Origin: an uncultured Parabacteroides sp.
Lineage (GTDB): Bacteria; Bacteroidota; Bacteroidia; Bacteroidales; Tannerellaceae
NCBI GenBank assembly: GCA_949296075.1
Contig: CASFNG010000003.1
Location: forward strand, 113,419 to 177,418
Length of the DNA stretch: 64,000 nucleotides
Direction of reading: 5' to 3'
The stretch's first letter is position 1. Each line of letters starts with the position of its first letter. Below, piece by piece: positions 48,574 through 58,325 of the stretch. A program made the translations under genes and the position numbers. Under the pieces are notes generated by a model. It made no database searches. It had not been told where the DNA came from and saw only the letters and a list, made by a program, of their open reading frames with translations.

Positions 48574-49920
48574 CTATAATTTCCCGGTCAGGAAGTCTAT
48601 AAACCAACCGTTACGGGATAGATCTCCCCAATAAAGATGGGTATAACCTGCCAACAGGTTCTTATATCTATACAAGGGGGTATCCACAAGGTGACCTGTC
48701 GCCGTAAACGATTCAGCCACGGAAAGCAGCGGCCTGTCTTGGGGAACAATACGTGAGTAGTGGAACTCATGCCCAAACAATGTCTGTCCCTTATAATGAA
48801 GCGTACGATACCCTAAGCGAAGCCGCATCCTCTCCATCGTAGCGGACTGGGGCAACAGCCCTACCATCGGGTAGCGTTTCCCTTCTGTATCTACGATCGA
48901 CTCACAGAGATACATCATCCCACCGCATTCGGCGAGCATCCTCCCTCTCGCTTCCACGAAGCTATGGATAGACTTCCGCAGCGTATCATTCGCGCTTAAT
49001 TCCGGCAAATAGAACTCCGGATAGCCTCCCGGAAGATAAACGAAGTCCGCCTCCGGCAACTCCTTGTCACGCAACGGACTGAAATAGACAACCTTCCCTA
49101 AGGAGGAGAGGAGACGCAGGTTCTCCGCATAGAGGAAGTTGAAGGCCGGATCCCGGGCCACCGCGATACGTAGTCGATCGGGCACCGAGATTCTCCCCTC
49201 CTCCGCATGGATCTCCGGCTGTTCCTCCTTTACCGAAGCCAATGACAATAGCCTGTCCACGTCGATATGCGCCTCCACCAAGTCGGCGATCCGATCAGCG
49301 AACGACTCCATACAGACATCCTTCTCTAAGGAAAGCCCCAAATGACGGCTCGGGATCTCTATCTCAGCCTGCTTTGGCAAATAGCCAAGAGCCTCCACGC
49401 CCGCATCCTTACACGCTTGTCTCAAGAAAGCATAGTGGTTATCAGATGAAACAAAGTTAAAGATCGCACCAACGACATTCAGCTCTTTTCGGAAATTCCG
49501 GAAGCCATAAAGCAAAGGGGCTACCGAATAGGCCGTGCTTCTCGCGTTCACGACCAGCACGACCGGGATACGCAACAAGGAGGCTATCTCGGCGCTACTC
49601 CCCCGCATGGCGTCGTAGCCATCGAAAAGCCCCATCACGCCTTCCGTCACGGCCACATCCACATCCGACGTATAGCGTCTGTACAGCTCCCGGATATGGC
49701 CGTCCGACATCATGAAGCTATCCAAATTGACAGAGGTACGCCCGGAGGCTGTCTCGTGATGGTGGGTATCGATGTAATCAGGCCCGCACTTAAAGGGCTG
49801 TACACGCAGCGAGCGTCTTTTCAAGGCTCGAAGCAATCCCAAAGTAAGGGTGGTCTTTCCGCTCCCGGACGACGCTGCCCCGATCAGCAAATGAGCTTCC
49901 ATCTTATCTCTCGTTGGCAT
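48574..49920 (-). CDS. cbiA: Cobyrinate a,c-diamide synthase
   Basis: SGSGKTT, FKCGPDYID, EGVMGLFDG, AECGGMMYL, GHEFHYS; TATCTTTG at 49932-49939. Confidence 0.94.
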   Translation of the reverse strand: MPTRDKMEAHLLIGAASSGSGKTTLTLGLLRALKRRSLRVQPFKCGPDYIDTHHHETASGRTSVNLDSFMMSDGHIRELYRRYTSDVDVAVTEGVMGLFDGYDAMRGSSAEIASLLRIPVVLVVNARSTAYSVAPLLYGFRNFRKELNVVGAIFNFVSSDNHYAFLRQACKDAGVEALGYLPKQAEIEIPSRHLGLSLEKDVCMESFADRIADLVEAHIDVDRLLSLASVKEEQPEIHAEEGRISVPDRLRIAVARDPAFNFLYAENLRLLSSLGKVVYFSPLRDKELPEADFVYLPGGYPEFYLPELSANDTLRKSIHSFVEARGRMLAECGGMMYLCESIVDTEGKRYPMVGLLPQSATMERMRLRLGYRTLHYKGQTLFGHEFHYSRIVPQDRPLLSVAESFTATGHLVDTPLYRYKNLLAGYTHLYWGDLSRNGWFIDFLTGKL

Positions 49921-50138
49921 ATTAAGATGAACAAAGATACAAAACCTTTATTGAATATGGATAAAAAAAGGGAAGATGCTCTCTCCCTATGTCACGAGGC
50001 GGCTATGCCTTCCGGATGCATAAAGTGGTTCCACCTCCTGAAAAACAGAAGATACCGATACTCCGCCTCTATCCGCAAAAATGGATTTATGTAAGGATCG
50101 GGTATCGGTATCCCTATTCCCGGACAATGCCGGGCAGA

Positions 50139-50960
50139 TCAATATTGTTCTTTCTCGTTGGGGAAATCCTGCGATTTCACGTCGCGGATATAGGCTTGCA
50201 CCGCCTCTGTGATCTCGTCGCCTAAGTTCGCGTAGCGACGCAAGAAGCGCGGAGAGAAGCCTTGGTTGATCCCTAACATATCGTGCATCACGAGCACTTG
50301 GCCATCCACGCCTCCCCCGGCCCCGATGCCGATCACCGGGATCGCCAGCTCGGAGGCCACCCGTGCGGCCAGCGCCGCGGGGATCTTCTCAAGCACGAGC
50401 GAGAAGCAGCCGATCTCTTCCAACAGGTGGGCGTCCTCGATCAGTTTTTGCGCTTCCGCCTCCTCGCGTGCCCGTACGCTATATGTACCAAACTTATTGA
50501 TGGACTGCGGTGTCAGGCCTAAATGCCCCATTATTGGGATCCCGGCGCAGAGGATCCGCTCTATCGACTCGCGCACCTCCAAGCCTCCTTCCAGCTTGAT
50601 GCAATCGGCGTGTGTCTCTTTCATCACGCGGATCGCTGAGGCCAGCGCCTCCTTGGAGTTGCCTTGGTAAGTACCAAAGGGCAGATCCACCACGACCAAC
50701 GCCCGTTGCACGGCTTTCACCACCGATTTGCCATGATAGATCATCTGGTCGAGCGTGATCGGCAGGGTCGTTACGTTACCGGCCATCACGTTGGAGGCTG
50801 AATCGCCTACCAAGATCACATCCATACCGGCTTGATCGATCAGCTTCGCCATCGAATAATCGTATGCGGTCAGCATGGAGATCTTCTCTCCCCTTTGCTT
50901 CATCTCCATCAGGCGACGGGTCGTCACCTTTCTATTATCATCTACTTTCGCGACAGACAT
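50139..50960 (-). CDS. panB: 3-methyl-2-oxobutanoate hydroxymethyltransferase
   Basis: [31 protein letters not shown]; TACCTTTG at 50988-50995. Confidence 0.96.
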   Translation of the reverse strand: MSVAKVDDNRKVTTRRLMEMKQRGEKISMLTAYDYSMAKLIDQAGMDVILVGDSASNVMAGNVTTLPITLDQMIYHGKSVVKAVQRALVVVDLPFGTYQGNSKEALASAIRVMKETHADCIKLEGGLEVRESIERILCAGIPIMGHLGLTPQSINKFGTYSVRAREEAEAQKLIEDAHLLEEIGCFSLVLEKIPAALAARVASELAIPVIGIGAGGGVDGQVLVMHDMLGINQGFSPRFLRRYANLGDEITEAVQAYIRDVKSQDFPNEKEQY

Positions 50961-51080
50961 AATTTTGTTGTTGTTTTAAATCGGGGGCAAAGGTAGACAT
51001 AATAATCCGTTCCCGGCTATAAAAATGAAGCGATTTACGCCTCCCTCCTTCCCGATTGTCGCGAAAAGCCTTCTCCCCGC

Positions 51081-53687
51081 TTACTTCTCCCGAACGGGGC
51101 GGATGGACATACAAGATGAATATACAGATGCAGCCATTGTAACCCCAGATGAAGAGAAGGAGAAATGATGCAAAGAAGAATATTTGTCGTATGCGTCCGC
51201 GACATGATAAGAACCGCTTTCTCTTCCCCCGAGAATTAAGAAGCGACCATCAGCCAGCAATACTTGGCAGGGGAAGAAAATCTGTTCCCCTGTTCGATTA
51301 GGTCCACTATAAAAGTTCCATCCTCTACATATATCGTTCCAAACTCCATTTACTTCGGATGATGAGAAAGCAAAACCACCAGTTAGTGTAAAACCACTAA
51401 AAACGACAGATATAGGGATATGAGTACCTTCCGGACATGGGTCATATACGGATTTCACAAGACGGTGATCTTTCCTTGGCCAATCGCCCCCTCTCCAATT
51501 AGTGTCCCACAAATTATAATATTCTCCACTAGAACTATCATATGTGGCTGGTTTGAGTGTCTGATTTTTGATTTTTGCCGTACCATTTGGAAATCGTTCC
51601 ACTTGGGGATTAGCCTCTGAAGGAGATCCATCCATTGTGTACCGAACTTTATTGAGTGTACCAATTCCAGCGGGAGGATAGCTTGGGTCTTTTCTACCAT
51701 GACGATAATTAGGATTATTTCCTCCAGTCCGGATTGTTTGGGCAAGCTGTTTTACCATTTTATCTTTGGCTGCACCAACGGAATTGAACCGTACTTGGCA
51801 ACTACGTTCAGGATAATCTGTAGTATCCCCCTCACACCAACCTAAATTTATGGTTGTAAACCTATACTTATACCCATCATGATTGGTAACCTCTATACTC
51901 TTGTTTATATCCTCATCCGTCACCCAAATATGCCAGCTCCACATCACATTTCCTTTGTTATCCTTGATAGCGATCACGGCATTACCTTGTTGTATCCTCT
52001 CTTTATCTACCTTGAAAGAGATATTTCCTCCATCAGCACCCGGATTATAGCGAATATCCGTCACCAACAACAGGGCATCTTGCCAAACCAATTCCGCTTT
52101 AGCGGGATCACAACCCACGTTCCTATCTATATAAGGATCTGTTATCCCATTTCCTAAATGATTGATGAACGGATTCAAGATATGATCACCTGTGGCAGTC
52201 GAGGTATAGGCAGACTCATTCGTCTGCCCATTCTTGATGGCGTTGCCATAAACCAACGGGAAGGAGTACCAACCCGGGGCATCCACCACGTAGCAGTTGG
52301 CGGTGTTCTCCACCGGATCCCCACCGGTACTATTCGAGAGATTGTAAGGCTTGGCCTCCGTTCCTTTGACAGGGCGTTCCTCCCGCAAGATCTTGGTATG
52401 CGGATTATTGGTAATCCCCACCTGTGCTTTCACCGTAGCTTTATAGGTCGTGGCGGCATCCCCTCCCACACCGGACGCGGTGAACTCCGTCAACCAATCG
52501 GGAGCGGTATCGCTCCATGTCGTGCCATCCTCGGAGAACTGGGCTTTCCACGCCACCGGCTCTATCTTCCCCGTATTGCTTTTCCGGTAACTCTTCACGC
52601 TATACGTATTTGTTCCGCCCGCATAGGTGAACGCCTCCGGCGCCGTCACATCCAAGAAGTACTCCCAATCCACGGAAGAGGTGGAGATCTTGTAAGTCAC
52701 CGTCTTGCCCTTCGGCCAGACCTTGCCACTCCCACCGATCGGGGCCTTCAGCGTCTGATCCGCCGTGCCATCGTTGAACACCACCTCGATCTCCGCGTCG
52801 TCCGGAAGCGTCTGCGGCAGCATCATGAAAGTCTGCGCCTCCGTGGTGATCGGCTGGTTCGCCACGGCAGCCTTGTCCAAGGTCTGTGAAAAGGAGGCCT
52901 TCGTACCCCAGCCGCTCCAGCGTTCCAAGTTCAAATCGTAATCCCCCTTGGAATAGACATTCCTCAGCGTAACGCGCTTGATCGTACCCGCCTGCACGTC
53001 ATCCCCGCAGACGAATCTCACCGCCGTGAGCGCGTGGCGGAAAGTCAATCTCACCGCGGCTTTATGATCTCCCGCCATCTCAGCGGAAGCCGCCACCAAG
53101 AGATCTTTTTGCTTCTCCACCTCCTAGTGCAGCGTAGGGATCCCCTCCGCCTGTGCCGAGAGGCGGTAAGCCGTCTCCTTCGGGGCGTAGGCGAAGAAAC
53201 GCAGCTTATAAGACGAACCCGGCCAATAATAGTCGCCCGAGGGCGTACCCGATTGGATCACCGATACGTCGTACATGAAGTCGGGCGACTGAAGCCCGTC
53301 CCAAGAGCCCGCGTATTTACAAGCCGATACGCTGAAATTATCGTACATCGAGCGGACCGGAGCCGCCTTCGTCAGCGGCAGGCTGTCCCGTTCCGGCATC
53401 TCCGGCTCGGGCGACGCGATACTGTCTATATATAAGGTATGGAGATAGAGCGAGCCCAAGCCCTCAGCCGACAGCTCCGCCACGGTATTGGCGGGCGTAT
53501 CCGGCTCAGCCTCCGCCTCGCCTTTCGTCAAGGCAGAAGGGGTTTGCCACATATCCGGCTCAAACCGGATCCGGTCGGAGCGAAGCGAACGCTCCGTCTC
53601 ATCCTCACACGAAAAAACACAAGCTAAACAACTGACTGCCAAAGCGATTTCAACAACGCGGCAGGAAATGACATGATGTTGGTTCAT
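51081..53687 (-). pseudogene. Fimbrillin/Mfa-like (type V pilus) lipoprotein interrupted by an in-frame TAG
   Basis: ORFs 53124..53687 and 51081..53120 share one frame (CAC TAG GAG GTG); lipobox VFSC; LRFFAYAP, LTFRHALTAVRF, TANCYVV, WSWHIW, GRKDP, YDPCP. Confidence 0.82.
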
Positions 53688-53788
53688 AAGGCGTTAAACA
53701 ATTTCAGAAAGTGGCGCGTTTGGTTTCCATCCGTAGGCGGAACAAACGCGCCCCAATCCTTCGTTTTTTTGTTTAGATTCTTTCGCCG

Positions 53789-53819
53789 CAAAAATAGGCA
53801 ATTCACGAAAATGCGCAAA
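53789..53819 (-). promoter_or_regulatory. Sigma-70 promoter of the fimbrillin gene
   Basis: TTTG-N19-TATTTTTG, exact consensus. Confidence 0.85.
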
Positions 53820-53873
53820 CCCTTTCGCGAAAAAAACACCAAAAATGACGATTTTAGTTTCCCCCATCCACAT

Positions 53874-53914
53874 AAAAAATCAGAGGCATCGGAAAAAGGA
53901 TGCCTCTGATTTTT
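53874..53914 (-). terminator. Intrinsic terminator after the PepSY-like gene
   Basis: AAAAATCAGAGGCATC...GATGCCTCTGATTTTT. Confidence 0.9.
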
Positions 53915-53932
53915 GACCATACGCCGAACGGA

Positions 53933-54370
53933 TTAATCCAAGTCGGTCAGCTGGAACTGTTTGTTGAACTCCAATTCACGGCCATTCGCCAACTTCACCT
54001 CATAGCCATACCGGTCTTGCTCCAACTTCACCACGGCGATATTCGGGAAGTTCTCGCTCAGGTAGCTTTGTATCCGGGCCGGAATCACGGCAGCGGGAAC
54101 AGCCCCGGTCCGGGTAGCCTTGACATCTGTCCAATTCCCGTTCTTGTCGAACTCCACCTTGTCACCATTCACGAAAATCACGCTATACTCCTTGTTGAGG
54201 AACTCGCTCTCCACCTTCGACAGCGCCACTTTCTCCCCCGAGTAATGGGTCTGTATGAAGGTTTGGGCTGCTGCCGGCAACTCATTGAAGCGTATCGGCT
54301 TATCATCATCCGCCCAAGCTGCCGTACCCAAGGAAAGAACACATACCATAATCATTAACATCCGTTTCAT
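53933..54370 (-). CDS. Periplasmic PepSY-like (DUF2874/BLIP-like) protein
   Basis: Signal peptide; ELPAAAQTFI, VEFDKNGNW, YEVKLANG repeats. Confidence 0.85.
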   Translation of the reverse strand: MKRMLMIMVCVLSLGTAAWADDDKPIRFNELPAAAQTFIQTHYSGEKVALSKVESEFLNKEYSVIFVNGDKVEFDKNGNWTDVKATRTGAVPAAVIPARIQSYLSENFPNIAVVKLEQDRYGYEVKLANGRELEFNKQFQLTDLD

Positions 54371-54457
54371 AGCTTTACTTTTTTAATAATTATACATTCA
54401 TGATTGATTCTGAGACAAAATTCGGCAGCGAAATTGAAATATCCCTGAAATCAACCA

Positions 54458-55714
54458 CTATGCGCCAAATTTTACGGAAAAAATGTGCTCGCCCTCTGAA
54501 AAGTCGTACCCGATACGGAAACCCTGCGCCTCGCAGATAGAGCGTACGATCGCCAAGCCCAGCCCGGTAGAGCCCTCTTTCTTGCGAACCTGGTAAAAAC
54601 GCTCGAAAAGCCGCTCCCGGTCCAATGCCCCTCCCGCCGCCGTGTTCCGGATCACGAACGATCCCGGGGCGCAACGGATCCGTATCCTCCCCCTTTCCGG
54701 CGTATGGATAAAGGCATTCTTGATAAGGTTCGAGAAGAGCGATGCCGAAAGCGACTCATTCATGCGTAGCCGTACGTCGCCCGACTTCTCCACCTCCACC
54801 GAAAGGTCCCGGTAGGCATAAACCATCTTGAAGTCGTCCACGTAGCGATCGACCAGCGGGTTCAGCTCGATCTCCACCGAGTCCAAGAACTGCCGGTTAT
54901 CGATCTTCGTGAGCAACAGCAAGGCCTTGTTCAGCCGCGTGATATACTCCAGCGTCTTATGCGTCTCGTAGATCTCCCCCAACTGAGCCTCCGTCAAGCT
55001 CTCGTCCTCCATCAAGTTCTCCAGGCGGTTCAAACTGATCGCCAAAGGAGTCTGTATCTCGTGCGATGCGTTCCCGATAAACCGCTTCTGCTGCTCGAAC
55101 ATCGCCTCGCTCCGCTCGGCATAACGCTGTGCCGCCTCGTTGAGCTTCCGGAATTCCCTCACGGAGGTATCATTCCGCAACGGCTTATTCTCCGCGCCGA
55201 TACGATACGAATCCAGCCAATCCAAGAGCACATACAGCGGGCGCAGGCTGCGATAGAATACCCACAGGGTAATCAGCACGCCCGACACCAACAGGGTGAT
55301 ATAAAGAAACAGGCACCAATAAAAGGCAGCCCCCTGCAAATCCTCCGTATCGATGGTAGGGGTAGATACAAGCAACTCATAATAACGGTCGTCCCGATCC
55401 CGGAAGATCATGGAGAGATAACGTAGATGCTCCTCCTCGTCGGTATAATAGATCTCCTCATCATCCTTCTGCTCCGCGAACGCCGCCGTCACCTCCGACA
55501 GCTGGTAGCGGTTGCCTAACCCGTCGTCCGGATCAGGCAGCTCCTCGCCCGCCAAGGAACGGAGCATAATCATCTCGGCGTAATCCTCCAAGGCGTCGTC
55601 CACCTCGTCGTTCGTCTCATCGACAATCGCCCAATAGAACAGGAAAGCCCATGCCGCCACGATGACACTCATCACCAACGACAGACGAATCAGCAAACGA
55701 TAGATCAGTCTCAT
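54458..55714 (-). CDS. Sensor histidine kinase
   Basis: Two TM segments, ASHEIQTPL H-box, NLIKNA, LFERFY, GLGLAI; start at MRLIYRL. Confidence 0.93.
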   Translation of the reverse strand: MRLIYRLLIRLSLVMSVIVAAWAFLFYWAIVDETNDEVDDALEDYAEMIMLRSLAGEELPDPDDGLGNRYQLSEVTAAFAEQKDDEEIYYTDEEEHLRYLSMIFRDRDDRYYELLVSTPTIDTEDLQGAAFYWCLFLYITLLVSGVLITLWVFYRSLRPLYVLLDWLDSYRIGAENKPLRNDTSVREFRKLNEAAQRYAERSEAMFEQQKRFIGNASHEIQTPLAISLNRLENLMEDESLTEAQLGEIYETHKTLEYITRLNKALLLLTKIDNRQFLDSVEIELNPLVDRYVDDFKMVYAYRDLSVEVEKSGDVRLRMNESLSASLFSNLIKNAFIHTPERGRIRIRCAPGSFVIRNTAAGGALDRERLFERFYQVRKKEGSTGLGLAIVRSICEAQGFRIGYDFSEGEHIFSVKFGA

Positions 55715-55727
55715 ACCGGTAAGGGGA

Positions 55728-56405
55728 TTATTCCACGACCAACTTATAACCAAACTTATAGACCGACTTGATCTCCACGGAAGCCCTCCCGGCACTCAGT
55801 TTTTTCCGGAGGTTCTTGATCTGCGCGTAGACGAAATCGAAATTATCCACCTGGTCGATATGATCCCCCCACACCGATTCCGCCAAGAGCGCCTTGTCCA
55901 CCAAACGCCCGGGGCGGTTGGCGAAATAGAGCAATATATCGTACTCCTTCTTGTTCAGGTCGAGCGGTGTTCCCTCTACCTCCACCTGATATTTATCGGT
56001 ATGGATCCGCACGTTCCCGATCTCCACGCAGGCCGCCCCCTGATGATGGTGCCGCCGGATCACGCTCTTCACCCGGGCGCTCAGCTCGGCGATATGGAAA
56101 GGCTTGGCCAAGTAATCGTCGGCACCCAAGTCGAGCCCCGCCACCTTATCCTCCAAAGAGTCCTTGGCGGAGATGATGATCACGCACTCTTTCTTCCCCA
56201 TACGCTTGATGTTCTCCAAGAGGGAGAGCCCATCGCCATCGGGCAGCATAATATCCAGCAAGATGCAATCGTAGGTATAATCCTCCAATTTACGCATCCC
56301 CGACAAAAAGGAGTCGGCCACCTCCACCACATATCGTTCCTTCTCCAACGAGCGCTGGATCAATTCCCGCAAGGAGGGTTCGTCTTCCACCACCAAAATC
56401 TTCAT
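55728..56405 (-). CDS. OmpR-family response regulator
   Basis: VVEDE, LDIMLP, GADDYLAKPF, C-terminal winged helix. Confidence 0.94.
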   Translation of the reverse strand: MKILVVEDEPSLRELIQRSLEKERYVVEVADSFLSGMRKLEDYTYDCILLDIMLPDGDGLSLLENIKRMGKKECVIIISAKDSLEDKVAGLDLGADDYLAKPFHIAELSARVKSVIRRHHHQGAACVEIGNVRIHTDKYQVEVEGTPLDLNKKEYDILLYFANRPGRLVDKALLAESVWGDHIDQVDNFDFVYAQIKNLRKKLSAGRASVEIKSVYKFGYKLVVE

Positions 56406-56529
56406 AAGCCTTGTTTTTTAAGATGAGCATTACGCGAAGAAACCGGATATTTCTGAAAAAGGGTTGAAAAGTTGACCGAAAAAAGCAAAAAAACGTACTT
56501 TCGCGACCATACAATCAGTGAATGACCTC

Positions 56530-57108
56530 ATGAAACTACTTTTTTTCGACTTAGAGACAACCGGCATCAAATATTGGCGGAACGGGATCCATCAGATCAG
56601 CGGAGAGATCGTGATCGACGGGGTATCCCGCGAATCATTCAACTTCAAGGTATGCCCACATCCCAAATGTGAGATCGACGAGGAGGCGCTTCGCGTATGC
56701 GGGGTCAGCAGGGAACAGATATTCTCCTATCCCCCGATGCACGAGGTCTATACCCAATTCATCGCGATGCTTGCCAAGTATGTGGATCGTTACGACAAAA
56801 AAGACAAGTTCTTCTTGGTCGGATACAATAACGCCTCGTTCGACAACTATTTCCTCAAGGCCTTCTTCGTGCAGAACGGCGACAACTATTTTTATTCATG
56901 GTTCTGGATCAACTCAATCGACGTGATGGTATTGGCGAGCCAGCACCTGATGCGCAAGCGGCATGAGATGAAAGACTTCAAGCAAGAGACCGTGGCCCGG
57001 ACATTAGGCATCCCGATCGACGCGGAACGGCTTCACGACGCGTCGTACGATATTCAGCTAACGAAGGCGATCTATTACCATCTTTCCGCCAATTCGTTCA
57101 TGGGATGA
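56530..57108 (+). CDS. DEDDh 3'-5' exonuclease
   Basis: DLETTG, GYNNASFD, HDASYD. Confidence 0.9.
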   Translation: MKLLFFDLETTGIKYWRNGIHQISGEIVIDGVSRESFNFKVCPHPKCEIDEEALRVCGVSREQIFSYPPMHEVYTQFIAMLAKYVDRYDKKDKFFLVGYNNASFDNYFLKAFFVQNGDNYFYSWFWINSIDVMVLASQHLMRKRHEMKDFKQETVARTLGIPIDAERLHDASYDIQLTKAIYYHLSANSFMG

Positions 57109-57193
57109 GACGCTTTTTCGCGGGCGCCGTTTTCCATACTGCGATGTTTTCTTTATTTTTACGCCGTGAATCCATAAAAAGCTGACGATAATC

Positions 57194-58234
57194 GTGAAAT
57201 ATCATCACCGTGTTATTCTCGTTCTCGCCCTGCTCCTCGCGACGGCTACCTCGCTGCCCGCGCAAGAGAGGGCCTATCCGAAGGAAGGGGAAGGCATCAC
57301 GCTCTTCCTGAAGCGCTTCAACCGCTCCGGGCAAGCCTACCAAAAAGAATTTATCCGCCTGAACAAAGGACGGTTCGGCAAGAACAACAGCCTGCTCAAG
57401 GGGGTGAAATATACGTTGCCCCCGCTGCGAGGCACGCAGGCGAAGAAGGCTTCCCCTACACCCAAGGCGGCACCGAAGGCGGCGGAGGCTCCCAAAAGGA
57501 AGAATTACGAGCCGCTGTTCGGGAAGGCGCAGGCAAGCTATCCGACGGTCTCCTCCGAGCTGAAAGGGGCTTGCTTCTACTTGGTCAGCGGGCATGGAGG
57601 ACCGGATCCGGGGGCGATAGGGAAAATGGGCTCGCACGAGCTGCACGAGGACGAGTACGCCTACGACATCATGCTGCGGCTCGCCCGTAACCTCATGCAA
57701 CGGGGGGCTACCGTCCATATCATCATACAGGACGCGAAAGACGGGATACGCGACCAGCAGGTGTTGCCCAACAGCAAGCGGGAGACCTGCATGGGAAGCC
57801 CGATCCCATTTAATCAGGTAAGCCGGCTCGAACAACGCTGCGCGAAGATAAACTCGCTCAGCCGCAATGAGAAAAGCTCCTACAAACGGGCCATATTCAT
57901 CCACGTGGACAGCCGGAGCAAGCATAAGCGGACGGACGTCTTTTTCTACCATAAGCAACAAGACGCCAAGAGTAAGAGACTGGCCAAGACGATGAAATCG
58001 ACCTTCGCCCGCAAGTACGACCGGCATCAGCCCGGACGGGGTTTCTCGGGCACGGTAGCGGGGCGTAACCTGTACGTGCTCCGCCACACGGTACCGACCT
58101 CCGTTTTCGTGGAGTTGGGCAATATCCAGAACCAGTACGACCAGCGTCGGCTGATCCTGAGCAATAACCGGCAGGCTTTAGCGAACTGGCTTTGCGAGGG
58201 ATTCTTGCAAGATTTCCGGAATAACCGGAAATAA
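57194..58234 (+). CDS. N-acetylmuramoyl-L-alanine amidase (Amidase_3)
   Basis: Signal peptide; SGHGGPDPGA, HEDEYAYD, FIHVD, VFVELGN. Confidence 0.9.
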   Translation: MKYHHRVILVLALLLATATSLPAQERAYPKEGEGITLFLKRFNRSGQAYQKEFIRLNKGRFGKNNSLLKGVKYTLPPLRGTQAKKASPTPKAAPKAAEAPKRKNYEPLFGKAQASYPTVSSELKGACFYLVSGHGGPDPGAIGKMGSHELHEDEYAYDIMLRLARNLMQRGATVHIIIQDAKDGIRDQQVLPNSKRETCMGSPIPFNQVSRLEQRCAKINSLSRNEKSSYKRAIFIHVDSRSKHKRTDVFFYHKQQDAKSKRLAKTMKSTFARKYDRHQPGRGFSGTVAGRNLYVLRHTVPTSVFVELGNIQNQYDQRRLILSNNRQALANWLCEGFLQDFRNNRK

Positions 58235-58325
58235 CGCGAGATTTCCTCCTTCACTTGCTTCATCTCCTCGATATTTTTACGTAAGTTCGCGATATGAGAA
58301 ATATCGAACCTTCATACATTATCCT

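Noticed and set aside
53124-53126. Pyrrolysine or genome-wide amber recoding
   Set aside because: No pyl genes or suppressor tRNA in the window, and other genes (e.g. cbiA and the methyltransferase) end normally at TAG.
53760-53870. Invertible (phase-variable) promoter for the fimbrillin
   Set aside because: No inverted repeats flanking the promoter and no recombinase nearby.
51081-53900. Complete diversity-generating retroelement
   Set aside because: No reverse transcriptase, accessory gene or template repeat is visible in the window; only a target-like C-terminus is present.
57455-57500. Short repeat CCxAAGGCGGC
   Set aside because: Encodes the PKAA linker of the amidase.
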